A stretch of 64,000 bases of DNA, from positions 1 through 64,000 of the forward strand of contig BTVV01000005.1 in the NCBI GenBank assembly GCA_045863855.1, given 5' to 3'. Each line of letters starts with the position of its first letter. Position 1 is the stretch's first letter. Both the position numbers and the translations under genes were made by a program. Under the pieces are notes generated by a model. That model was given only the letters and a program-made list of their open reading frames with translations. It was not told the origin of the DNA and searched no databases. Origin of the DNA: Planctomycetota bacterium (lineage in GTDB: Bacteria; Planctomycetota; SZUA-567; H5-PLA8). Below, piece after piece: positions 27,266 through 35,049 of the stretch.

Positions 27266-29125
27266 GTGCCGATACGCCGACTGGTGCCGCTCTTGGCCGT
27301 GCTGATCCTTTGCGCGAGCGCGGGTCCGCGACCGCACGCCGCGGCGCCGAAATCGGCGGCGGCTCAGGCGCCGGCTCCGCGCACCGCCGGACCGCGTAAC
27401 GTAGGCGGCGATCTGCGCTTCCTCGATCCGCCCAGCGACAGCACCGACTACAGCGCGACGCTGGGCATGCTGGGCGTGCCCGACGGGCTGGACGTCTTCG
27501 ATCTGGGCGATGCGGCGCCGGGCGAGCGGATCGAGCGCGTCATGCACGTAGCGGGCGGCTTGAAGCCTTACCGATTCTCCAGCGGCAATCTGCGTTCGCT
27601 CCTGATCGACGAGTTCGGCGACGATCCAGACCTTAACCCCGATTTCATCTCGATCACCGATGCCGGCGTGGTGACCGGCGTACTGGACGGCATTTCGGGC
27701 GAACTTTTCTTCGACGTGAGCGTGGTGGACGCGGGCGGCGCAGTCATCCTGGCGGTCTTCCGGATTAACTTCGTGGACGAGTTCGACCTGCGATTCGCGC
27801 AAGAGAATCTTGCCAGCGCGCAGTTAGGCTTGAATTACGCCACGCGGATTCAGACGCTGGGGGGAGATTTAAATATCGATACGTTCGAGTCCACGGCGCG
27901 CTTCAATGTCGTGCCAGACAGCATCGATCTGGGCGGGCAAGCGCTGGAGCAACTCACCGAAATCGGCCTGACCCTTAATGCCGATGGCACCTTGTACGGA
28001 CGGCCTCTGCAGACGGGGACGCTCACGTTCAGTGTGCACGCCGAGGATGCACTGGGCGCGGAGGCGTTGAGCTTTGCCGGCGGCGTGGGCGACCAGACGT
28101 TCACGGTCGAGATCGAGGACATGGCGTTCGCGGGAAGCACGTTTTACTGCGACAGTTGCATCATCCGCGGAACGCTGGCTCGAAGCGGTCGCGATTCGAT
28201 CCAGGTGCGTGGCATGGCCGATTTCGCGGGGCAACTTTTAGCGAATCTGGCGGGAACGCCGATCGCGCTGCGCGTAGGCGCGGGGCGCAACCGCAACGGG
28301 ACGCCCTGCGGGCGCACCTTCAGCGCGGTGCTTGATGCGCGAGGCAACGCCAAAAAGGTTGTCCCGGACGATCCGCTCACCGACGAGAACGAAGCGTATT
28401 CGTTCCGGGCCACGGTCCGCGCCAACGGGCGCGTTTCGCTGAACGTGACGGGGACCGACCTGTACGAGGCGGTGAACGCGGACACGCTGATCGAAGAGCC
28501 GCTCAATACAGTGGTACTGGAAGTCGCCTTCGGCAATGCGCTGCACTGCGAAGCGGTTTCGGCGCTGACGAAGGTGACGCAGAATCCGTATCAGCTCGTT
28601 TACTTCCTGGCCGCGAAGGGCGAACAGGGCCAGCCGTTGGCGGGCATCTTCCAGACTTGGAAGCTCAAGGGGCGCGACATCGGCCAGTTCGTGGGCAACC
28701 GCGGTACGGCCTGGACGGTCTTCTTCTCCGCCGCCCCGCGCTTCGGCATCGACGGCTCGGATCTGACCGGGAGCGGGAGCGCGACGATTCGCATCGGCCG
28801 GAATTACGATTCGAGCGCCACGGCGGAACCCGGTAACGCTTTCTACGAAGAATCGGTCACGCTGAACACGGCGCGCCCGCAGACGTACCGCTACCTGCGC
28901 CCGAAGGACGGCACGGAAGAGATCACGCAGGCCACCTTCCAGCCGTTCGCCTTCCGCCACAACGTGGCGACGACTTACGTTCGCGACGACGTGAGCGGAA
29001 TTCCGCAAGCGATCGTAAGCGGGACGCCGAACGTAATGCAGTTCGAGGTCGAGATCGGCAGCGCTCGCGGCGCAACCTCGCGGCGGCTCTTCCCGCTAAG
29101 CCGCGCCTACTACGAGCATCCGTAA
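27266..29125 (+). CDS. secreted protein with Ig/cadherin-like (He_PIG-like) domains
   Basis: Signal peptide; GGLKPYRFS, GLTLNADGTLYGRP..TGTLTFSVHAED Ig-like repeats; beta-rich C-terminal domains. Confidence 0.7.
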   Translation: MPIRRLVPLLAVLILCASAGPRPHAAAPKSAAAQAPAPRTAGPRNVGGDLRFLDPPSDSTDYSATLGMLGVPDGLDVFDLGDAAPGERIERVMHVAGGLKPYRFSSGNLRSLLIDEFGDDPDLNPDFISITDAGVVTGVLDGISGELFFDVSVVDAGGAVILAVFRINFVDEFDLRFAQENLASAQLGLNYATRIQTLGGDLNIDTFESTARFNVVPDSIDLGGQALEQLTEIGLTLNADGTLYGRPLQTGTLTFSVHAEDALGAEALSFAGGVGDQTFTVEIEDMAFAGSTFYCDSCIIRGTLARSGRDSIQVRGMADFAGQLLANLAGTPIALRVGAGRNRNGTPCGRTFSAVLDARGNAKKVVPDDPLTDENEAYSFRATVRANGRVSLNVTGTDLYEAVNADTLIEEPLNTVVLEVAFGNALHCEAVSALTKVTQNPYQLVYFLAAKGEQGQPLAGIFQTWKLKGRDIGQFVGNRGTAWTVFFSAAPRFGIDGSDLTGSGSATIRIGRNYDSSATAEPGNAFYEESVTLNTARPQTYRYLRPKDGTEEITQATFQPFAFRHNVATTYVRDDVSGIPQAIVSGTPNVMQFEVEIGSARGATSRRLFPLSRAYYEHP

Positions 29126-29182
29126 TCGAGTTGCGCGGCGGCGCGGCTCGCGGCATGGTGAAGGGAGCGGACGGAAGCTCCC

Positions 29183-29695
29183 ATGCCCAAACACAACCTC
29201 GATCGCCGCCGATACCGCATCACCACTCCGTGGGGCGCCTGGCTGGCGGTCTTCACCGAGCGCGGCCTCTACGAATTCAAACTGCCGTCGGTCCGCACAC
29301 CGGCCGGACTGGCCGAATTGCGCGGCCAGGAAGGGCCGCTGGGTACGCGCGTACGCAAAGCCCTGCGTGCTCGGCTGGACGGCCGGCGCGACCGGCTGCC
29401 TTGGGAAGCCTTCGACCTCGCGGGGCGCCCCTACTTCCACCGGCGCATCTGGCGCGCGATGCAGCGCATCCCGTTCGGCGAGGTCCGCACCTACGGCGAC
29501 CTGGCGCGCGCGGCGGGATCGCCGCTGGCCGTGCGTGCGGCCGGCCAAGCCTGCGGATCCAACCCCATCGTGCTCTTTCTGCCCTGCCACCGCGTCGTCG
29601 CGTCCAAAGGCCCGGGCGGCTTTGGAGCGGGGCTGGCTTGGAAGCGCAAACTCCTTGCGCTGGAAGGATACGATCTTCGGACCAAACGCGGCTGA
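29183..29695 (+). CDS. ogt: methylated-DNA--protein-cysteine methyltransferase
   Basis: IPFGEVRTYGDLA...AVRAAGQACGSNP...PCHRVV active site. Confidence 0.92.
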   Translation: MPKHNLDRRRYRITTPWGAWLAVFTERGLYEFKLPSVRTPAGLAELRGQEGPLGTRVRKALRARLDGRRDRLPWEAFDLAGRPYFHRRIWRAMQRIPFGEVRTYGDLARAAGSPLAVRAAGQACGSNPIVLFLPCHRVVASKGPGGFGAGLAWKRKLLALEGYDLRTKRG

Positions 29696-29760
29696 AAGAG
29701 CGTCCGCGCGATCGGGAAGTATCCTTCAGGACGATGGGTTTCCGGCGACGAGGGACGCGC

Positions 29761-30168
29761 ATGCCCGCGGACGTGCCAGCGGATTACCGGCGTGTGGCGC
29801 TGATCCAGACGCCGCCGCCCGACGAGATTCTGCGCCACGCCGAGATGCTGCCCGGCGAGAGCGGACGCTACGGAAAATTCGTGCGCTACCGTCACGACCG
29901 CTCGAAGACGGTTTACGAGGTGCTCTATTTCAAGGCCGGCCGCGCACCGACGCGCGAAGAAGTGCTGGCCGATCTGCGCGCCTACCTTGAGACGCTGGAA
30001 GCGCGGATGCAGGAAGGCCCCCGCGGCACGGTGGGGCGCGTCTTCGAACGCGTGGTCTTCGGGGAGCCCACCCCCGGTCAGTACGCGCAACGCTGCGCCG
30101 AACTGCGCGAAACGATCCAGATCGTCGAGGAAGATTACCGGCCGGGCGAAGCGGTGCCGATCCCGTGA
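29761..30168 (+). CDS. hypothetical protein
   Basis: ATG with GAGGG upstream; globular composition; GC3-biased codons; stop overlaps the next GTG. Confidence 0.6.
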   Translation: MPADVPADYRRVALIQTPPPDEILRHAEMLPGESGRYGKFVRYRHDRSKTVYEVLYFKAGRAPTREEVLADLRAYLETLEARMQEGPRGTVGRVFERVVFGEPTPGQYAQRCAELRETIQIVEEDYRPGEAVPIP

Positions 30169-30383
30169 AGCGCCCGCTCTGGTTGCGTGCGCCGTACGCG
30201 GCGGGCTTGGCGCTCGCACCCGGCGGCGGACTGGCGGCTTTGGCGGGCTTGCTGCTGCGCAAGCCGGCATGGATCGAATGGGGCATGCTGGGTTTCGGGG
30301 CTGGGGCGCTCGCGGTCTGCGTGGCCTTCGCGGCGGAGAGCGCGGCGGCGGCGCTTCGGCACGGCGAGGACAAGACGTCCTGA
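30165..30383 (+). CDS. small membrane protein (2 TM)
   Basis: GTGA overlap with the previous ORF; two hydrophobic segments. Confidence 0.5.
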   Translation: MKRPLWLRAPYAAGLALAPGGGLAALAGLLLRKPAWIEWGMLGFGAGALAVCVAFAAESAAAALRHGEDKTS

Positions 30384-30398
30384 GCGCATGCGGCGGCG

Positions 30399-30980
30399 TT
30401 ACGGATTCGGCGCGCGGATCACGCGCGATTCGGTGACGATCGCGGCGACGGGCTTGTCGTGCGGTTCGTGCGGAACTTCATCGACAACTTGGCAGTCGAA
30501 GGCCAGCGCCACGATGGCGGCGCGCAATTCGGGCGCGGCCAGGAGCCGGTCGTAGAAGCCCCCGCCCCGCCCCATGCGCCGGCCGCGCGCGTCGAAGACG
30601 CGGCCCGGCACGAGCACCAGGTCCAGTTCGGCCAGCGGAATCTCGGGGCAGTTCGCGCGCGGCGCGGGAATCCCGAAGGCGCCGCTTTCCAGGTCGGAGC
30701 GCGGATCGCGGATCTCGCGCGGCGACATGGCCTTGCTCACCACATCCACCCGCGGCAACGCGACACGCTTGCCCGCCGCCAAGGCGGCGGCCACGATCCG
30801 GCGCGTATCGGCTTCGGTGTCGTCGGCGACGTAGGCAAAGACGGCGCGCGCGCACTGGAATTCGGGGAGCTCGATCATGCGGTCCTGCGCGCGTTCGCTG
30901 CGCGCGGTCCGCTCGTCGGGGCTCAGCGCCTCGATGGCCGCCAGAACCCGCCGGCGCAGCTCGGTCTTTTCCTCGCGCAT
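30399..30980 (-). CDS. ygfA: 5-formyltetrahydrofolate cyclo-ligase
   Basis: KTELRR, KRVALPR, DLVLVPG..FD..GRRMGRGGGFYDR, VPHEPHD. Confidence 0.93.
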   Translation of the reverse strand: MREEKTELRRRVLAAIEALSPDERTARSERAQDRMIELPEFQCARAVFAYVADDTEADTRRIVAAALAAGKRVALPRVDVVSKAMSPREIRDPRSDLESGAFGIPAPRANCPEIPLAELDLVLVPGRVFDARGRRMGRGGGFYDRLLAAPELRAAIVALAFDCQVVDEVPHEPHDKPVAAIVTESRVIRAPNP

Positions 30981-31002
30981 CGCTACGGCGGCGCCTCCCG
31001 CG

Positions 31003-33129
31003 CTACTTGCGCAGTTCCGCGTTGAACTTCGGCAACAGGGCCGCGACGAAGCGCTCGTGCGCCGCGTTCACTTCCTCGTCGGTGAGCGAACGCTCGCGGT
31101 GCCGGTATACGACCGAGAACGCGAGCGACTTGCGTCCCGGGCCCAGTTGCTTGCCGCGGTACGCCGAAAGGAAGCGCGGCGGTTCGCCGGCGGCACGGAG
31201 CGGTTCGTGCGCCGCCTGCGACTGCGCGAACGATTCGATGTCGTGCCAGAGCACGTCTTCGGAGACCACCACCGCGACGTCGCGGACCACTTCGGGCTGC
31301 GTGGGCAGCGGTCGGTAACGGCGCGGCCCGGTGGGCAGATGGGCCAGCGCTTCCAGGTCCAATTCGGCGTAGGCCGGCTCGCCGCGCAGGTCGAAGGCTT
31401 TGAGCAGCGCGGCGCCGGCCAAGCCCAGCCAGCCGATCGGATTTTCGGCGCGTTCGTGGTCGCCCGTCTCGCGGATGCGTACGAGGCGGCAGGCCGAATC
31501 GGGGGCCAGCCAATCCGGTCCGGTTTCCGCCGGGCGCAAGGCCAGGCGCGCGCCGTCCAGTTCCAGCGCATCCGAAAGCCGGCCCAGGGTGTCGGCGAGC
31601 GGCGCGAAGCCGGCAGCGTCGTAGATTCCCAGCACGCGGCGCTCTTCGAGCGCGGCGCCGGCGTGCGGCAGGAAAATCTTGCCCAGCTCGAAGAGCCGCG
31701 CCGTGCCGGTGCGGTGCGCTTGGTTGTGCCGCGCGACCGACAGGAGCGAAGTCGCGAGCGCGTTGCGCAGGGCGCTGTGGTCTTCGCGCAGAACGCTGCG
31801 CGGATCGAGTTTCAGGGGTGCGGCAGTGGTCCAGACCGGCGGCGCGGGCCACCGCGGATCGACCAGGGTGTCCGTCCAGCACTCGAAGTAGCCCAGTCCG
31901 GTGCAGTGGTCGCGCACGCGCTCGGAGGCGATCTCGAGTTGCGAGCGATTGGGAATGCGCGCGCGCATCGCGGTCTCGGCCGGAATGCGGTGATAGCCGT
32001 ACAGGCGCGCGACTTCTTCGATCAGATCGGCCTCGCGCTCCAGATCGCCACGCCGCCAAGTGGGCGCGAGCACGACGAGTTTGTCGGCGCGTTCTTCGCG
32101 GACGGTGCAGCCGAGGGTTTCGAGGATACGGCGCGCTTCGGCGGGCGGAACGCGAACGCCGTACAGGCTCTCGAGGCGCGCGAAGCGCAATTCGATGGGC
32201 TTCTCGGCGCGCGGCTGCGGACGCGTGTCGATCAGGCCGGGCGCGACGGCGCCGCCGGCGACTTCGGCGATGAGGCGCGCGGCACGCGCGCTGGCGTGCG
32301 CCACCGCGTCCGCGTCGATGCCGCGTTCGAAGCGGTAGCTGCTGTCGGTGCCCACCTTCAAGCGGCGGCAAGTGCGGCGCGTATTCGCCGGATCGAAGTA
32401 AGCCGACTCGAGCAGGATATCCACCGTCTCGGGCGAGACTTCGCTGCCCGCGCCGCCGATGATGCCGCCGATGGCCACGGGCCGCTGCGCATCGGCGATC
32501 ACCAGCGTCTCGGCCGTCAACGGAGGAAGTTCCCCGTAGAGCGGCTTGAACGCTTCCTTGTCGCGCGCACGGCGGACGACGATCCGGCGTCCGTCTAGTT
32601 TATTCAGATCGAACGCGTGGAGCGGCTGGTTGAGTTCGAAGAGGACGTAATTGGTGACGTCGACGATGTTGTTGCGCGGGATCAGCCCCATCGAACGCAG
32701 GCGCGCCTGGAGCCAATCGGGCGAAGGGCCGACTTTCACGCCGCGGATGACGCGGGCGGTGTAGCGCGGGCAAAGCGCGGAGTCTTCGACGCTCACTTGG
32801 GCCGATTCGGCGGCCGGCGCGCCGGCGGCCGCAACTTCGCACGGTGGCGGCAGGAAGCGCACGCCCAGGATCGCGGCAACTTCGCGCGCCAAACCGGCCA
32901 GGCCCTGGCAATCGGGGCGGTTGGCCAGGACGGTGAGATCCAGTACCGCATCGAGGCCGGCGCCTTCGACGCTTTCGACTTCGAAGCCGGCGAAGGTGAG
33001 CAGGGTGGCGAGCATCCGCGCGGGGTCGTCCGAACCGTGCAGTTCCCAGCGTTTGCACGCGTCGGCCAAGACTTTGGGCGGCAACCCGCCTTCGAGAAAT
33101 TCCTGCAGCCAGCGTAGAGGCAGTTTCAT
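31003..33129 (-). CDS. pheT: phenylalanine--tRNA ligase beta subunit (lacks B2 OB domain)
   Basis: NRPD, CPRY, NNIVDVTNY, QPLHAFD, LESAYF, TDSSYRFERG, DLIEEVARLYGY, GRKSLAF, LTDEEV. Confidence 0.96.
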   Translation of the reverse strand: MKLPLRWLQEFLEGGLPPKVLADACKRWELHGSDDPARMLATLLTFAGFEVESVEGAGLDAVLDLTVLANRPDCQGLAGLAREVAAILGVRFLPPPCEVAAAGAPAAESAQVSVEDSALCPRYTARVIRGVKVGPSPDWLQARLRSMGLIPRNNIVDVTNYVLFELNQPLHAFDLNKLDGRRIVVRRARDKEAFKPLYGELPPLTAETLVIADAQRPVAIGGIIGGAGSEVSPETVDILLESAYFDPANTRRTCRRLKVGTDSSYRFERGIDADAVAHASARAARLIAEVAGGAVAPGLIDTRPQPRAEKPIELRFARLESLYGVRVPPAEARRILETLGCTVREERADKLVVLAPTWRRGDLEREADLIEEVARLYGYHRIPAETAMRARIPNRSQLEIASERVRDHCTGLGYFECWTDTLVDPRWPAPPVWTTAAPLKLDPRSVLREDHSALRNALATSLLSVARHNQAHRTGTARLFELGKIFLPHAGAALEERRVLGIYDAAGFAPLADTLGRLSDALELDGARLALRPAETGPDWLAPDSACRLVRIRETGDHERAENPIGWLGLAGAALLKAFDLRGEPAYAELDLEALAHLPTGPRRYRPLPTQPEVVRDVAVVVSEDVLWHDIESFAQSQAAHEPLRAAGEPPRFLSAYRGKQLGPGRKSLAFSVVYRHRERSLTDEEVNAAHERFVAALLPKFNAELRK

Positions 33130-33160
33130 GATTTCATCTCACCGTCGTACCTGAGTGCGG

Positions 33161-34210
33161 TCAGACCTGGCGCAAGAAGCGCAGGTCGTTTTCAAGAAAC
33201 AGACGCAAGTCGTCGATGCCGTGCCTGCGCATCGCCATGCGTTCGATGCCGAATCCGAACGCGAAGCCGGTCCAGACTTCCGGGTCGTACGCGTTATCGC
33301 CGCGGGCGCGGTTTACGGCCAAGAATACGTTGGGATCGACCATCCCGCAGCCGCCCAGTTCCACCCAACCGGTGCCCTTGCAGACGTTGCAGCCCGATCC
33401 GCCGCACGCGGGGCAACTCGCATCCATCTCCGCGCTGGGCTCGGTGAACGGGAAGAAGCTGGGCCGGAACCGCACGCGCGTGCCGGCGCCGAAGAGGCCC
33501 TCGACGAAGAGCTGCAAGGTTCCGCGCAGGTCCGCCATGCTCACGCCGCGGTCTACGTATAGGCCCTCGATCTGGTGGAAGGTGCTGGCGTGGGTGGCGT
33601 CGATCTTGTCGGGCCGGTAGACGCGGCCGGGGGCGATCACGCGCAGCGGCGGTTTGCGCGATTCCATCACGCGGACTTGGACGGTGCTGGTCTGGCTGCG
33701 CAGCAGCGCACGGCTGCCGTCGAGGAAGAACGTATCGAAGCTGTCGCGCGACGGATGGTCGGCGGGAATGTTCAGGTCGTCGAAATTGTGCCGCTCATCC
33801 TCGACTTCCGGCCCTTCGACTACTTCGAAGCCGAGCGCGCCGAGGAGTTCGCGCAAGCGGTCGACGGTGCGCGTGAGCGGATGGCGGCGACCGAGTTCGG
33901 GGCGCTGCTCGGGCGGGAGCGGTTCGGTAACGTCGAGCTTGGGGCCGCTCGCGGCGGCAGGCTTGCCGCACGCGGCTTGGGCCGCGGCGAAGGCCGCTTC
34001 CAGTTCGGCGCTGGCTTCGTTGAGCTGCTTGCCGGCCTGCGGCTTTTCGGCAGGCGGGACTTCCTTCATGCGCTTGGCAAACGCCTTGAGCGAACCTTTG
34101 GCGCCGAGGAAGCGGATACGCGCCTGCTCAAGTGTGGCAGCGTCCTTCGCGGCGCCGAAGGCGGCCAGCGCTTCGGCGCGCAAGGTTTGCAGATCGTCGA
34201 GGAAACTCAT
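33161..34210 (-). CDS. pheS: phenylalanine--tRNA ligase alpha subunit
   Basis: NFDDLNIPADHPSR, LLRSQTS, FHQIEG, RFRPSFFPFTEPSAE, GFAFGFGIER. Confidence 0.97.
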   Translation of the reverse strand: MSFLDDLQTLRAEALAAFGAAKDAATLEQARIRFLGAKGSLKAFAKRMKEVPPAEKPQAGKQLNEASAELEAAFAAAQAACGKPAAASGPKLDVTEPLPPEQRPELGRRHPLTRTVDRLRELLGALGFEVVEGPEVEDERHNFDDLNIPADHPSRDSFDTFFLDGSRALLRSQTSTVQVRVMESRKPPLRVIAPGRVYRPDKIDATHASTFHQIEGLYVDRGVSMADLRGTLQLFVEGLFGAGTRVRFRPSFFPFTEPSAEMDASCPACGGSGCNVCKGTGWVELGGCGMVDPNVFLAVNRARGDNAYDPEVWTGFAFGFGIERMAMRRHGIDDLRLFLENDLRFLRQV

Positions 34211-34234
34211 AGGGGCACCCGTCGTGTATCTAAG

Positions 34235-34262
34235 AAAAAAGGGCGCACGTTCGTGCGCCCTT
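34235..34262 (-). terminator. intrinsic terminator between rplT and pheS
   Basis: Minus strand AAGGGCGCACG-AA-CGTGCGCCCTTTTTT. Confidence 0.8.
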
Positions 34263-34294
34263 CGCGTTCCTGCCTGTGTAAAAAGCTCTGCGGA

Positions 34295-34648
34295 TCAGGC
34301 GCGCGCGGCGCTGGACGTTTCCACGAGCTTGGTAAACGCCGCTTCGTCACGGACGGCCAGATCGGCAAGCATCTTGCGGTCGAGTTCGAGTCCGGCCTTC
34401 TTCAAGCCGTTGATGAAGGTGGAGTAGTTCACACCGCGCTGTTCGCACGCCGCGGAGATGCGGGTGATCCACAGTTGGCGGAAGGTGCGCTTCTTGACGC
34501 GGCGGTCGCGCGTGGCGAACCACTCGGCGCGGTCCACCGTTTCGCTGGCGACGCGGATCAGATTGCCGCGCGAACCCCAAAAGCCCTTGGCGCGGTCGAG
34601 CACCTTCTTGACGCGCTTACGGCGAGGTACGTTCGTTTTTGTACGCAT
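34295..34648 (-). CDS. rplT: 50S ribosomal protein L20
   Basis: [48 protein letters not shown]. Confidence 0.97.
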   Translation of the reverse strand: MRTKTNVPRRKRVKKVLDRAKGFWGSRGNLIRVASETVDRAEWFATRDRRVKKRTFRQLWITRISAACEQRGVNYSTFINGLKKAGLELDRKMLADLAVRDEAAFTKLVETSSAARA

Positions 34649-34690
34649 GGCTTACGTCCTTATCTTCTAAATGCGGAATGGTTTCGGGAA

Positions 34691-34888
34691 TCAGCGCAGG
34701 CACAGCAGGCGCAGCAGACGCCGCGCTTCGGCCTTCGTCGCCAAGGTGGCTTTGCGCAAGCGTCGCTTCCGGTTCTTCGACTTCCCGGTGGCCAGATGCT
34801 TCTTCCAGCCCTGATAGCGCTTGACCTGCCCGCTCTTGGTAACCTTCACGCGCTTGGAAACGCCTTTGTGCGTCTTCTGCTTCGGCAT
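34691..34888 (-). CDS. rpmI: 50S ribosomal protein L35
   Basis: MPKQKTHKGVSKRVKVTKSG...H...K...RKRRLR; directly upstream of rplT. Confidence 0.96.
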   Translation of the reverse strand: MPKQKTHKGVSKRVKVTKSGQVKRYQGWKKHLATGKSKNRKRRLRKATLATKAEARRLLRLLCLR

Positions 34889-34948
34889 GATGCAACTCCC
34901 TTGCCCGGCGCGACCTGCGACGGGCCTCCCCCTAGGAAGGAAAGAGGG

Positions 34949-34976
34949 TTTATAGCGCGGGTCAAAGGCTTTGCAA
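34949..34976 (-). promoter_or_regulatory. sigma70-like promoter for rpmI-rplT
   Basis: TTGCAA-N16-TATAAA on the minus strand, about 60 nt upstream of rpmI. Confidence 0.5.
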
Positions 34977-35049
34977 CCGTATTATGGCACTTGTGCGCCA
35001 TTGACCCTCCTGGTCCCTCGGGCACAATGTTAATCCATTCGAGGTTCCT

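Noticed and set aside
13374..29695. Dedicated DNA-repair island (rarA, dinG, ogt)
   Set aside because: The genes are separated by unrelated loci, lie on different strands, and no shared operator was seen.
30981..31002. 6S RNA (ssrS), often found upstream of ygfA
   Set aside because: Only 22 nt separate pheT and ygfA, which is too short.
34211..34294. pheM-type attenuator peptide or T-box
   Set aside because: No Phe-rich mini-ORF, and the spacer is too short for a T-box.
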